Shown: positions 1 to 9,494 of the stretch, in pieces | Layout of the letters: the number at the start of each line of letters is the position of its first letter | Numbering within the stretch: position 1 is the first letter of the stretch | IMG/VR virus record: IMGVR_UViG_3300031787_000005 | Source of the DNA: a virus | DNA length: 64,000 nucleotides | Reading direction: 5' to 3' (one strand) | Made by a program: the position numbers and the translations under genes | The notes under the pieces: generated by a model | The model's database searches: none | What the model was told of the DNA's origin: nothing | Seen by the model: the letters and a program-made list of their open reading frames with translations, nothing else

Positions 1-57
1 CTTCTTAATTATCGGGTTCCAGGGTTCCCGAATAGGAGTGTTCCATTCTCTTGGCAT
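1..57 (-). CDS. small hypothetical protein, partial (MPREWNTPIREPWNPIIKK...)
   Basis: Manually translated; ATG at 57-55 with upstream GAGGT; runs off the window edge. Confidence 0.6.
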   Translation of the reverse strand, partial: MPREWNTPIREPWNPIIKK

Positions 58-63
58 AATACC

Positions 64-186
64 TCATTTTTTCTTGCCACCATTTTTTGCTTTGTTAGCG
101 TTGGCATTACCAGAATTCTGCTTTTTATTATTAGCAGAACCTGCTCCACCAGAACCTTTCTTACCTTTGTTTGCGGACTTTGCCAT
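64..186 (-). CDS. 40-aa basic Lys/Gly/Asn-rich protein (MAKSANKGKKGSGGAGSANNKKQNSGNANANKAKNGGKKK)
   Basis: Manual translation; ATG overlaps the upstream stop (TAATG); GGAG upstream. Confidence 0.65.
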   Translation of the reverse strand: MAKSANKGKKGSGGAGSANNKKQNSGNANANKAKNGGKKK

Positions 187-533
187 TATGCTCCACCAGT
201 ACGTGGTTGAACTTGTCCTTCTTCCAGAGCTTCTACTCTTGCTTCAAGAGTTGGTTCTGCAGCAACTTCTTCAGGTGCTGGTGGTTCTGGAGGAGCTTCT
301 ACAAACTCCTCTCTTTTTGGTTCTTCTTTCTTTTCATCTTCTTCATCACCACCTTTTTTCATTGTATTGATGCCAAAAGTAGCAGCAGATGCAGTGAAGA
401 CTGTTGCAATGAATGTTGGGTCCATCTTAGATAGAGTACCAGCATAACTTGCAGTAAGGAGAGCCGCAGACCAACCCAAAATACATATACGAATTAGTTG
501 TCCCATAGCATTTTCGTTTTTCTTATTAGTCAT
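186..533 (-). CDS. hypothetical membrane protein with acidic Pro-rich tail
   Basis: Two hydrophobic segments followed by an E/P-rich tail; true start may be the internal MGQLIR. Confidence 0.7.
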   Translation of the reverse strand: MTNKKNENAMGQLIRICILGWSAALLTASYAGTLSKMDPTFIATVFTASAATFGINTMKKGGDEEDEKKEEPKREEFVEAPPEPPAPEEVAAEPTLEARVEALEEGQVQPRTGGA

Positions 534-567
534 CAGTCCGTGTGATGATATCCTTTATATTTAGGAA

Positions 568-2175
568 TTAGAACCTAAATTTAACATTTGCGGACACTGC
601 TGTGTTGCTCACACCATTATTAATCTGATGAACTCCTTGAATGCTGACGATTTCTTTATAGTCAAGAGTTGCTGATGCTTCAATCGCATTATCAGTTGCA
701 TAAGAACCTTCAACACTTACACCAAACAAGTTCTTTTTCTTACCACCGAAACGAGTTTCAAGTCTTAAACCTGCTTCACCAACATTATATGTTTCATTGA
801 CACCTTCAACACTTCTTGCTGATTGTGATGAACCAGTTTCCGTGAATGCGTTTCTCTTATAGTTGCGAATAGTATGCCCAACGAAAGGAGTTATGTTCTT
901 ATGAGCGTGAATGAATACTCTGTTGCTAACCCACCATTCTTGTCCAGCAGTCTGACTTTCGTTATTGAAAACTCCAGCAACATTTCTGGAAACATTGTAG
1001 TTGTTTTGAGCAAGACCAGCATTCGTCAGAAGTGATAAAGTATTACCTCTGAACATATTGAAGACACCATAGTGACCCTTCATCAGTTTGGAAGTGCTAT
1101 CTGAACCATTCAGATTCAGAGTTACATTATTATACTGACCACCAATCGTCCAGGTTGGTTTGATATCAATTTCTACACCACCACCATAGATGAATGAAGT
1201 TCCAGAGTATCCATTCTCCCCTTGTGACCAGGCATAGTAGTTCTTGCTGAAGACTCTAACCTTTTCTTTTGATTGAGATGGTTCGTGGTTGAGAAGTCCT
1301 TGTAATGATTCACCCATCTTATCCATAACTTCGTGCTGATCTACACGACCATAGAAGTCAGCATATTCGTGTGAAGTCGCAACTGTGCTTGCTTGTGATG
1401 TGGTTACAACAGCAGTTCCATTTGTAACAACAGTTGAGTTATCACTATAAGTATCAGTTGTGACTGGTGTTGTGGTGGTGGTTGTAACAGAAGTGGTTGT
1501 TACATCAGTTTGAGTGTGACGATTAACTCTTTGTCTTCCATCATCTTCTGTTGCTGCGTGAATAACAGTTGTTGCGGATACTGGAGCAAGAACAGCGACC
1601 GATGAAACTACATTATTAACTGTGCTAGAACTGACCAGAGTTGGTGTTCCCCCAGTTTCGTAAATGTCTAGAACACCATTCTGGTTAGCATCACCAGAAA
1701 GTGCTGCTGCTGAAAGACTTACGGTGCTGGAAAGAATCACACTATCCATAGGCATCCAGTTGACTGTTGGAGACCCAGCAGCATTATATGTGAATTGATA
1801 ATCACCAGCAGAAAGTCCAGTAAAAGTTACACCTTGCCAAGCATATGATGTTTGTATGTTGGTATCATAGGGAACTAATGTAGAACCATTGGAAGTAAAA
1901 TAATTTGTTCCAGGAATCAATCCGTCTGGTGTTGTTGCTGACAGTAAAGACCAGTTTACAGTTGTCGCAGAAAAAGCAGTTCCGTTGATACCTTGTAAGG
2001 TTAAAGTTCCTTCATTAAAGTTAGTTCCTGGATGCCAGTTACCATACCAGAATGTAACTGACCCGTTGCCCCCACCAACATATCCTATAGAGTTGGTGTG
2101 TGCTAATGCTGCTGTTGGCACTCCAAGAAGAAGCGCAGACGCTGCAGCCAGCGCCTTTTGCGTTAAGGTGGACAT
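568..2175 (-). CDS. autotransporter-like outer-membrane beta-barrel protein
   Basis: N-terminal signal peptide (ALA-HTNS), Thr-rich linker, amphipathic beta-strand C-terminal region ending VKFRF. Confidence 0.65.
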   Translation of the reverse strand: MSTLTQKALAAASALLLGVPTAALAHTNSIGYVGGGNGSVTFWYGNWHPGTNFNEGTLTLQGINGTAFSATTVNWSLLSATTPDGLIPGTNYFTSNGSTLVPYDTNIQTSYAWQGVTFTGLSAGDYQFTYNAAGSPTVNWMPMDSVILSSTVSLSAAALSGDANQNGVLDIYETGGTPTLVSSSTVNNVVSSVAVLAPVSATTVIHAATEDDGRQRVNRHTQTDVTTTSVTTTTTTPVTTDTYSDNSTVVTNGTAVVTTSQASTVATSHEYADFYGRVDQHEVMDKMGESLQGLLNHEPSQSKEKVRVFSKNYYAWSQGENGYSGTSFIYGGGVEIDIKPTWTIGGQYNNVTLNLNGSDSTSKLMKGHYGVFNMFRGNTLSLLTNAGLAQNNYNVSRNVAGVFNNESQTAGQEWWVSNRVFIHAHKNITPFVGHTIRNYKRNAFTETGSSQSARSVEGVNETYNVGEAGLRLETRFGGKKKNLFGVSVEGSYATDNAIEASATLDYKEIVSIQGVHQINNGVSNTAVSANVKFRF

Positions 2176-2181
2176 AAAAAT

Positions 2182-2267
2182 ACAGTGAGTTTGTGGTTTG
2201 AGATTCCCTAGAACCTACAAATCACAACTCACTGTGGTGAAGTTGTTTTCAACTCAATGGTTGAAAC
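2182..2267 (-). promoter_or_regulatory. structured 5' leader: two hairpins upstream of the autotransporter-like gene
   Basis: Long inverted repeat 2182-2235 (acagtgag...ctcactgt) and tttcaac/gttgaaa at about 2247-2266. Confidence 0.5.
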
Positions 2268-2273
2268 TATTTA

Positions 2274-2504
2274 TTACTCTTCTGTTGTTTCTGCTTCTTC
2301 TGTTACAGGTTCTTCAGTTTCTGCAGGTGCTTCGCTTGGAATAGGAACTCCAATTTGATTCAAATATTCGATTGCACCTTGAACTTTCAAAAATAAATCT
2401 CTTTTAGAAGATGATTGCTCCTGTAAGTTTGCCAAATCAGAACTCAATTGTTTTGCCTGATTATACAGGTTTAACATATGAGATGTTTGTTCTTCCGTAG
2501 CCAT
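2274..2504 (-). CDS. hypothetical coiled-coil protein
   Basis: 76-aa ORF, same strand and spacing as its neighbours. Confidence 0.7.
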   Translation of the reverse strand: MATEEQTSHMLNLYNQAKQLSSDLANLQEQSSSKRDLFLKVQGAIEYLNQIGVPIPSEAPAETEEPVTEEAETTEE

Positions 2505-2535
2505 AATTTTTAATAGAAAATAATTTTCACACTAT

Positions 2536-3204
2536 TTATCCTTTTTTCCAGGACTCACCTTCTGCTTTTCTTCTACGGGCAAGTCCTGCTTCTACATTTG
2601 AACCAGGATTGCGATAAAGGAATAAAGCATCAGGAACTTGGTCCCACTCTTTATTCTTCAGGCGTTTAGTAATAGTATTAAAGTTATCACCACCGTAAAA
2701 ACCGGCACCAAGATTATAAGCAAAGCTGAGCAGAGCTCCTCTTTTCCCATCTGACATTTCTCCCCAAAAAGGTATTTTACGAAGTGCAGGAAGAAACTCT
2801 TTCTTGCACTGCTCAATGAGAAGTGCATCTGCTTCTGCCTGTGTTAATGTGTCACCCATTTTAAATGGTGAACCATCTTTCTTACGAGTGGAACCCCAAC
2901 CGATTGTAATTGGAAGTCCACCCGTGAGAGGGTCGGGATATGCCTTAAGATGACATCCTTCAAACTCCTTAATTAATTTGATGCCCATCATTGGGACATC
3001 ATCACCACCTGTTACAGGAGCTGCAGCAGCAGGGGTCACTGGTGCAGCACTAGTCTTTTTTCCGCGAAAGATCTCCGCCCAATCAGCATTATCTTCCAGA
3101 TATTTAACTGGTAGATTATCTTCTAACCACTGAACTGCCTTGACATGATTTGGATTTCTTTCATCATAGAACTGAAAGAAATTATGTAGATCAATTTTTG
3201 CCAT
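2536..3204 (-). CDS. endolysin, GH24 phage lysozyme, with an N-terminal accessory domain
   Basis: Catalytic EFEGCHLKAYPDPLTGGLPITIGWG motif; AFAYNLG-like motif and GLARRRKAE C-terminus. Confidence 0.88.
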   Translation of the reverse strand: MAKIDLHNFFQFYDERNPNHVKAVQWLEDNLPVKYLEDNADWAEIFRGKKTSAAPVTPAAAAPVTGGDDVPMMGIKLIKEFEGCHLKAYPDPLTGGLPITIGWGSTRKKDGSPFKMGDTLTQAEADALLIEQCKKEFLPALRKIPFWGEMSDGKRGALLSFAYNLGAGFYGGDNFNTITKRLKNKEWDQVPDALFLYRNPGSNVEAGLARRRKAEGESWKKG

Positions 3205-3328
3205 TGTTGCCTCCGAAGTATTTTTGATAAAGTTGATTTGCTTCCACGTGCTTGCCGTGATTTGTCAGATCTTTAATTCTTTGTAAGATCTTCCTCTTAA
3301 AATTAATCGAAAATTCTTCCCCATCCAT
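3191..3328 (-). CDS. small hypothetical protein (MDGEEFS...)
   Basis: The internal ATG minimises overlap with the C39 gene; fills the gap between two genes. Confidence 0.55.
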   Translation of the reverse strand: MDGEEFSINFKRKILQRIKDLTNHGKHVEANQLYQKYFGGNNGKN

Positions 3329-3974
3329 CGTTTCCTCCTGGACACCAGCGGTGCTTAAGAACTGCTTTGGTGTAAATGGTCTTCTTACCATTTGTTACTG
3401 GACCAGTATAATTATCATTTAATGAACCATAAGGATCATTTACAAAATATCCCTTTCCGTCTGGGGTTTTACCAATGACGACACACATATGCCCACCAGT
3501 AGGAGCAGATAAAGAACCCCTATGCAAGATACCAATAACAACAGGTTTCCCAGCATCGAGACTTTTATCAACGTCAGCAAAAGAAAGATTGTAACTAAAG
3601 TGTGACTTAACTCCATAACCTGCAAGTACCTTCGTTTGTACCGCATGGTCCGTAGTATCGCCAATCGCAAATACTTTCTTAACGTATTCGTCATCGCCTT
3701 TAATTGAACCTGGCTTAAGGAATGCCAAGCACATTGCACACGATGAACTATTGCAAGTTCTATGTGCATCTCTGTAGTTATCTACTTGGTTGAAATAAGG
3801 AACTTCTAGAACAGCAGGTGTAGGTGGCTTGGTTCTATACATTCCAATCCAATCAGTTTCTGCATCATCCAGAAACTCAGCAGGTAGGTTATCCTCTAAC
3901 CATTGAACTGCTGCAACATGGTTTGAATTCTTTTCGTCGTAAAATTTAAAAAAATTGTGAAGGTCTAGTGTCAT
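3303..3974 (-). CDS. C39-like cysteine peptidase (probable cell-wall hydrolase)
   Basis: Cys-His-Asp motifs: TCNSSSCAM, GHMCVVIG, VNDPYG. Confidence 0.82.
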   Translation of the reverse strand: MTLDLHNFFKFYDEKNSNHVAAVQWLEDNLPAEFLDDAETDWIGMYRTKPPTPAVLEVPYFNQVDNYRDAHRTCNSSSCAMCLAFLKPGSIKGDDEYVKKVFAIGDTTDHAVQTKVLAGYGVKSHFSYNLSFADVDKSLDAGKPVVIGILHRGSLSAPTGGHMCVVIGKTPDGKGYFVNDPYGSLNDNYTGPVTNGKKTIYTKAVLKHRWCPGGNDGWGRIFD

Positions 3975-4152
3975 CTCCCTCTCCTATGAACTCTAATGAG
4001 AAAATATCATGATCTAGAATTTCTGGATTCAACCATTCACTAAATTCAGATTGAATCGCATGGGCATCTTCAATGTTCTTTTCACAGAGAGTATGAATGC
4101 GGTCAACTGCCCAATCATGTGTTTGGCGAAGAGTCTTTTCCAAAGTTTCCAT
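3946..4152 (-). CDS. hypothetical protein
   Basis: 68-aa ORF tightly packed between neighbours. Confidence 0.65.
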   Translation of the reverse strand: METLEKTLRQTHDWAVDRIHTLCEKNIEDAHAIQSEFSEWLNPEILDHDIFSLEFIGEGDDTRPSQFF

Positions 4153-4564
4153 AATCTTTTCGCATATAGCGTCCTAGGATATTACTATTGTAATACGCAG
4201 GCGTTCCATCGTCAAGAGACTCGATCAACACATTATTTAGGAAAAGCTGTTTGGTTTCTTCGTAGTTGCATTGTCCTTTTGTTTTGTGGAGGCTAAGGAT
4301 TGTTCTGCTAAACAAATTTTTTCCCCAAAGCTTAACGTCATCTTTGAGTTCAGGACAGGAGCCGTAATATGCTTTCCAATCGGACTCTGACTTAACCTTT
4401 CTAGATTTTCCTCTTGGTGTGCGGAAAGACCAGAAATACTTTCTACCAATATAACTACGACCAGTTTTATCGCAGTGTATATGATAAACAAAACCAAAAT
4501 GATCTTGAATATGATCTGAATCAAATACTTCCCCATTGTAGAGCCAGGGATTTTCATAACTCAT
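4115..4564 (-). CDS. GIY-YIG nuclease family protein
   Basis: GFVY...YIGRK motif, WKAYYGS. Confidence 0.75.
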   Translation of the reverse strand: MSYENPWLYNGEVFDSDHIQDHFGFVYHIHCDKTGRSYIGRKYFWSFRTPRGKSRKVKSESDWKAYYGSCPELKDDVKLWGKNLFSRTILSLHKTKGQCNYEETKQLFLNNVLIESLDDGTPAYYNSNILGRYMRKDYGNFGKDSSPNT

Positions 4565-4612
4565 ATTAAAGTATCTTATGAGCTATTATTTATCTTCAAC
4601 GCTAGCAAAGCG

Positions 4613-4650
4613 ATTCTAGCAATAAAAAAGGGGGTTTGTCAATCCCCCCA
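4613..4650 (-). promoter_or_regulatory. sigma70-like promoter overlapping a Rho-independent terminator
   Basis: Minus strand TTGACA-N18-TAGAAT within a GGGGG/CCCCC hairpin plus T-tract. Confidence 0.6.
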
Positions 4651-4674
4651 TTTTTTAAGTTTAATAATTTGAGA

Positions 4675-5850
4675 TCAGGCAGGAGGAAGTTTTACTGGAT
4701 TTGGTCCAGTCATACGATCATAGATTTTTTGTGCTCTAGGGTCCTTTAACTTTTGTCCTTTGTCCCAAGTTGCTTTTTGTGCTGTATTCATTGGAACTTC
4801 TTGCTCAAGAATAGACTGAACCATCTCCTCATTCATTTGAGACATGACATATAGTGCTTCAGCATTAGTATCGGCATGTCCATTGGTGATGAGATATTCA
4901 AGAACTAAATCCCAATTATCCATTTCATAATGTGCCTTTTGAACGGGAAGAGATGCTCCCGAACCACCCATCCTCTTAATCGCAGCACCAGCAGCACCTG
5001 ACTCTGGACCAGAAGTTCTATCTCTTAATTCAGTTGCTTTATTAATTTTTTGCTGCTGTCTATGTCCTGCTGGATTAATATCAAAACTTGCCTCATCAAC
5101 CATTTTACCTTCTGGTTCAAAAGAATTTCTCAGACTATCAATTGCTTTCTGAGTCTGTTGATTTCTCTGTTGTAGTTTACCAGCAACGCCTTTTGCTTTA
5201 TCATAAACTTGTTTGCCAGCAAGAGCTGTCCCAGCAGCAAGAGCTGCTCTAACGCCAAGACCTACTAGTGGTGCCATCTCATCAACTTGCTGAACATCTT
5301 CACCAAGTCTTGAAGCGGCTCCTGCTGCCTTCTGAGCGACCTTTCCAACCGCCCCTGCTGCCTTACGGAGACCCTTTCCAATCAGACTCTTAACACCACT
5401 CTTGACTTGCTCTTTCTTCTTCTGAGCGCCGTAGGAGATCTTGTGAGTGGCAGTTCTTGCTGCTCTTCTAGCGGTGTCCTTAGCGACTGAGGCAGCGATA
5501 CTAGCACCTGCAGCTGCACCTGCTGCCTTTGCCTTAGCGCGTCCTACAGCGGTCTTTACTGCTGCTTTACGGGCTGCTGCTTTCTTTTCACCAACCTTAG
5601 TCTTTGCTCTTTCACGTCTTTGCTCTGGGCTTTCAGTATCACTACCATAAGTGACTTTTGCCTCATCGATGAATAAAAACGCTGCGTTCTCTACAGCAGT
5701 GGCTGCCTCATCAAGAGTGTATCCAAACTCCACACACTCTTCAACAAGTTCTTCTACGATCTCTTCAATCATTTCACATGAGATTCCATCTGCTTCTTCA
5801 TAGATGTCTTGATAAGAATCATATAATGCTTTTAAATCAGATCCTAACAT
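4675..5850 (-). CDS. modular virion-associated hypothetical protein
   Basis: 391-aa ORF with acidic helical modules and a K/A-rich middle; late promoter upstream. Confidence 0.75.
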   Translation of the reverse strand: MLGSDLKALYDSYQDIYEEADGISCEMIEEIVEELVEECVEFGYTLDEAATAVENAAFLFIDEAKVTYGSDTESPEQRRERAKTKVGEKKAAARKAAVKTAVGRAKAKAAGAAAGASIAASVAKDTARRAARTATHKISYGAQKKKEQVKSGVKSLIGKGLRKAAGAVGKVAQKAAGAASRLGEDVQQVDEMAPLVGLGVRAALAAGTALAGKQVYDKAKGVAGKLQQRNQQTQKAIDSLRNSFEPEGKMVDEASFDINPAGHRQQQKINKATELRDRTSGPESGAAGAAIKRMGGSGASLPVQKAHYEMDNWDLVLEYLITNGHADTNAEALYVMSQMNEEMVQSILEQEVPMNTAQKATWDKGQKLKDPRAQKIYDRMTGPNPVKLPPA

Positions 5851-5877
5851 TTTTATACTTACAGGAATTCCTGTGAA

Positions 5878-5885
5878 TATTTATA
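5878..5885 (-). promoter_or_regulatory. T4-type late promoter TATAAATA
   Basis: Exact TATAAATA on the minus strand upstream of the 391-aa gene. Confidence 0.75.
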
Positions 5886-5909
5886 AAAAAAGAGGGTCCA
5901 AAGACCCTC
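5883..5909 (-). terminator. Rho-independent terminator
   Basis: GAGGGTC/GACCCTC hairpin followed by a T-tract on the minus strand. Confidence 0.75.
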
Positions 5910-6069
5910 ATTTCACATCATCATTACATTTACCCAACCATTCTTTTTTGTAATCATAATCACCAAACAAGTATTCATCACATTCTGCTGCTTCCTGGTA
6001 TGCGTTCAGGATTGCCTGTTCGCACCATTCATCATAGTTGGAATCCTGAGAAAGTATCTTTGGTAACAT
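5908..6069 (-). CDS. 53-aa hypothetical protein (MLPKILSQDSNYDEWCEQ...)
   Basis: Manual translation; overlaps the 3' end of nrdB. Confidence 0.55.
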   Translation of the reverse strand: MLPKILSQDSNYDEWCEQAILNAYQEAAECDEYLFGDYDYKKEWLGKCNDDVK

Positions 6070-7216
6070 CTTGTTTAATCCCCCCTACAATGTATGATTC
6101 AACTTCCGTTTCCTGTGGTGCCACTTGGAGACCCTTGGAGGAAATCCAGTGCTCAGTCCAGGGGAGTGGATTATTCTTCGCAGGGATATCATAAAGTGGT
6201 TTCAGTCCAATCGCCTTCATTCTACGATTCGCAATCCATTCGACATATTGTTGTAGCAATTTGTCATTCAGACCGATCATAGAACCATCCTTAAACAGAT
6301 ACTCTGCCCAAAGTTTTTCTTGATTTACAGCGTTCTCAAAAGTTTTATAGAACCATTGATCCTCTTCCTTGGCAATTTGCGCCATCTCAGGATCATCACC
6401 TTCCTTCCACTTATTAAGAATATTTTGAGTGATAACCAGATGCTGATTTTCATCACGGGCAATCAGTGAGATGATCTTTGCACTTCCCTCCATAAGCTTG
6501 AGTTCGCCAAATGCAAAACTACAAGCGAAGCTGACGTAAAAGCGAATACCTTCAAGAATATTAACGTTTGCAACTGCTCTGAAAAGTTTTCTTTTGAGTT
6601 CATACCTTGCTTCTTTTGCGTAGGGTACTTGTTCCAAAGCATGGACCCACTCATTTGAATTATCGTAGTGATGAGCACTATTGATGAAATCGTTATATGC
6701 CTGAGTGACACTCACGGCACGTTCCATAATGCGGTCTTCTCTGAGAATAGTATCAAAAACTTCAGATGGGTCTGAGTAAACATTCTTGATGATATAAGTG
6801 TATGAACGGGAATGGATCATCTCCATAAACTCCCATACCTTCATACAAGCTTCCAGTTCAGGAAGTGAGCAATATGGTGCAAATGCCATACCAGGACCAC
6901 GACCCTGAACTGAGTCCAACATTACCTGATACTTCAGGTTGCTGGTGAAGATGTGTTTTTGCTCTGGGCGTAGCATATGATAATCGCTACGATCTTTTTG
7001 AAGAGATACCTCTTCGGGTCTCCAGAAATAACCCAGTTGCTGTGTTGTTAGTTTATCGAATATTGGATACTTGTAAGAGTCATATCTTTGAATTCCTAGT
7101 GGTTGTCCAAAAAACATTGGTTGCTTTTTGGTGTCTACCTCATTGGAATTAAAAACGGTCATCGATTCGACCATTTTTTTATCCTCCAAACCTGTTTTAA
7201 ATCTTACAAGACTCAC
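6032..7216 (-). CDS. nrdB: ribonucleotide reductase class Ia beta subunit
   Basis: FWRPEEV, EMIHSRSY, LEGIRFY, DENQH, VAPQETE motifs. Confidence 0.97.
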   Translation of the reverse strand: MSLVRFKTGLEDKKMVESMTVFNSNEVDTKKQPMFFGQPLGIQRYDSYKYPIFDKLTTQQLGYFWRPEEVSLQKDRSDYHMLRPEQKHIFTSNLKYQVMLDSVQGRGPGMAFAPYCSLPELEACMKVWEFMEMIHSRSYTYIIKNVYSDPSEVFDTILREDRIMERAVSVTQAYNDFINSAHHYDNSNEWVHALEQVPYAKEARYELKRKLFRAVANVNILEGIRFYVSFACSFAFGELKLMEGSAKIISLIARDENQHLVITQNILNKWKEGDDPEMAQIAKEEDQWFYKTFENAVNQEKLWAEYLFKDGSMIGLNDKLLQQYVEWIANRRMKAIGLKPLYDIPAKNNPLPWTEHWISSKGLQVAPQETEVESYIVGGIKQDVTKDTFSGFQL

Positions 7217-9494
7217 AATCTTCCTCCTCTGATTCTAGAATATCGGAAACTAAATTTTCAAGAGACTGACGGGTTTCTTCAACCTCATCATTCTTCATGT
7301 CGTGTGTATTTTGATAGTAGCTGGTTTTCCAACCGTACTTATATGTAGTCAAAAGGTCCTGTGCCATCACTGAAGTAGGAACTTCATTATCTGGGTAATG
7401 CTCTGGATTATAGGACCAGTTTCCAGAAATCGCTTGATCGAAGAATTTTTGCATAACAGCAACAATATGAATATACCCGCGATTGCTAGGCATATCCCAG
7501 AGCAGCGTATAATTGTTCTTAAGTGTTTGATACTGGGGAACAATCTGCTTGAGTGGACCTTTCTTGGACTTCTTAATGGACAAGTATCCGCGAGGTGGTT
7601 CGATTCCGTTGGTTGCGTTTGACACAACGGAACTGCTCTCCGATGGCATCTGTGCGGACAATGTTGAGTTCCGTACCCCGTATTGTAGAACCTGTGCTCT
7701 AAGAGACTCCCAATCATACTTCAATTCGTTTGGAACGATTTCATCCACATCCTTCTTGTATGTATCAATCGGCAGAATCCCCTGTCCATACTTGGTACGA
7801 TGTGAATATTCACATGCACCTTTTTCCTTAGCAAGATTGACCGTTGCCTGAATCAAATAATATTGGAATGCTTCTGTGAGATCGTGTACCAGTTTCCAGG
7901 CACCAGGATCATCGTAATGCTCGCCGTGCTTGGCGAGATAGTGTGCCAAACCAATAAACCCTACCCCAAGTGAACGACGCGCCCTGGTGGCGATTTCTGC
8001 TGCTCTGACGGGGTATCCTTGAAAATCAATGAGTTCATCAAGACTCCTAACAGCAAGATCGCAAAGAACTTGAAGATCCTCAAGCTCCCTAACTTTACCA
8101 ACATTAATAGCAGAAAGAATGCAAAGAGCAATTTCACCATCAGTATCATCAATATGCTGCAAAGGTTTGGTTGGTAGAGTAATCTCTTGGCACAAATTGC
8201 TCATCTCAACTTTATCTAGGAAGGAAGAATGGGAATTGCAATGGTCAATGTTCATAATGTAGAGACGACCAGTTTCGGCACGTTCTTTCAGGAGTGAAAG
8301 AAATAGTTCTTGAGCTGCGATAGTTTTTCTTGGAATAGACTCATCTCGTTCATAACGAACATACAACTCGTCAAATCCATCAGTACCAAAAGCATCATAC
8401 AGACCAGGAACGGAGTGAGGAGAGAAGAGTGAGATTTCTCCGTTTTGAATGAATCGTTCATAGAAGAGTTTGCTAGTTTGAATAGAGTAATCTAGTTTAC
8501 GGACACGATTATCTTCAGTTCCTTTGTTGTTCTTTAGAACAAGGATGTCTTCTATTTCTTGGTGCCAGATAGGAAAGTGGACTGTAGCTGAACCACCTCT
8601 GATCCCGTTTTGAGTGCAGCATCGTACAGTTGCCTCAAACTTTTTAAGGAAGGGGACAACGCCTGTGTGTTGTACTTCTCCACCACGGATTTTGCTGTTG
8701 ATGCCACGGATGCGACCTGCATTGATACCGATACCCGCCCTTTGTGCAACATATCTGCCAATAGCCATATCGCTAGTAAAGATACTATCGAGGGTGTCAT
8801 CAACATCAACAAGGACACAGCTAGCGTATTGTCTAAGTGGCGTTCGCACTCCTGCCATGATGGGGGTCGGAATGTTGATTTTGTGCTTTGAGATTGCATC
8901 GTAATACCTTCTAACGTAGTCTAAACGTGTTTCCTTAGGATACTTGGAGAAGATGGTTGCCGCAATCAAAAGGTACATAAATTGTGGCGTTTCGTAAAGT
9001 GCCCCAGTGCTTCTATCCTGCACAAGATACTTATCAACGACTTGACGTAGACCTGCATAAGTGAACAGATAGTCACGGCTATGATCAACAAACGACTCAA
9101 GTTTATCAAACTCTTCATCAGAATACATTGTCAGAATCTCAGAGTCATAGACACCCCTACCAACACAACGCTCTACATGCTGCTTGACGGTAGGGCATTC
9201 ATGCATTCTACCAAACAACTGCTTACGAAGGGCAAACAGCAGCAGACGGGCAGCAACGAACTGATAATTTGGGTGGTCCAGGTCAATCAGGTCAGAAGCA
9301 GAACGAATCAAAATCTCCTGAATCTCTGCGGTAGTAATTCCATCATAAAATTGGATACCAGACTGCATCTCAACCTGTGATGCAGATACATTTGCGAGGT
9401 CCTTACACGCCTCTTCCACCATAACATGGAGTTTGTTTAAATCAAGGGGTTCAGTTTTACCATTTCTCTTAACGACTTTCGTTCCGTTGCTCAT
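7197..9494 (-). CDS. nrdA: ribonucleotide reductase class Ia alpha subunit
   Basis: ATP-cone (VVKRNG), PTPIMAG, SNLCQEI, C-terminal CESCKI. Confidence 0.98.
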   Translation of the reverse strand: MSNGTKVVKRNGKTEPLDLNKLHVMVEEACKDLANVSASQVEMQSGIQFYDGITTAEIQEILIRSASDLIDLDHPNYQFVAARLLLFALRKQLFGRMHECPTVKQHVERCVGRGVYDSEILTMYSDEEFDKLESFVDHSRDYLFTYAGLRQVVDKYLVQDRSTGALYETPQFMYLLIAATIFSKYPKETRLDYVRRYYDAISKHKINIPTPIMAGVRTPLRQYASCVLVDVDDTLDSIFTSDMAIGRYVAQRAGIGINAGRIRGINSKIRGGEVQHTGVVPFLKKFEATVRCCTQNGIRGGSATVHFPIWHQEIEDILVLKNNKGTEDNRVRKLDYSIQTSKLFYERFIQNGEISLFSPHSVPGLYDAFGTDGFDELYVRYERDESIPRKTIAAQELFLSLLKERAETGRLYIMNIDHCNSHSSFLDKVEMSNLCQEITLPTKPLQHIDDTDGEIALCILSAINVGKVRELEDLQVLCDLAVRSLDELIDFQGYPVRAAEIATRARRSLGVGFIGLAHYLAKHGEHYDDPGAWKLVHDLTEAFQYYLIQATVNLAKEKGACEYSHRTKYGQGILPIDTYKKDVDEIVPNELKYDWESLRAQVLQYGVRNSTLSAQMPSESSSVVSNATNGIEPPRGYLSIKKSKKGPLKQIVPQYQTLKNNYTLLWDMPSNRGYIHIVAVMQKFFDQAISGNWSYNPEHYPDNEVPTSVMAQDLLTTYKYGWKTSYYQNTHDMKNDEVEETRQSLENLVSDILESEEEDCESCKI

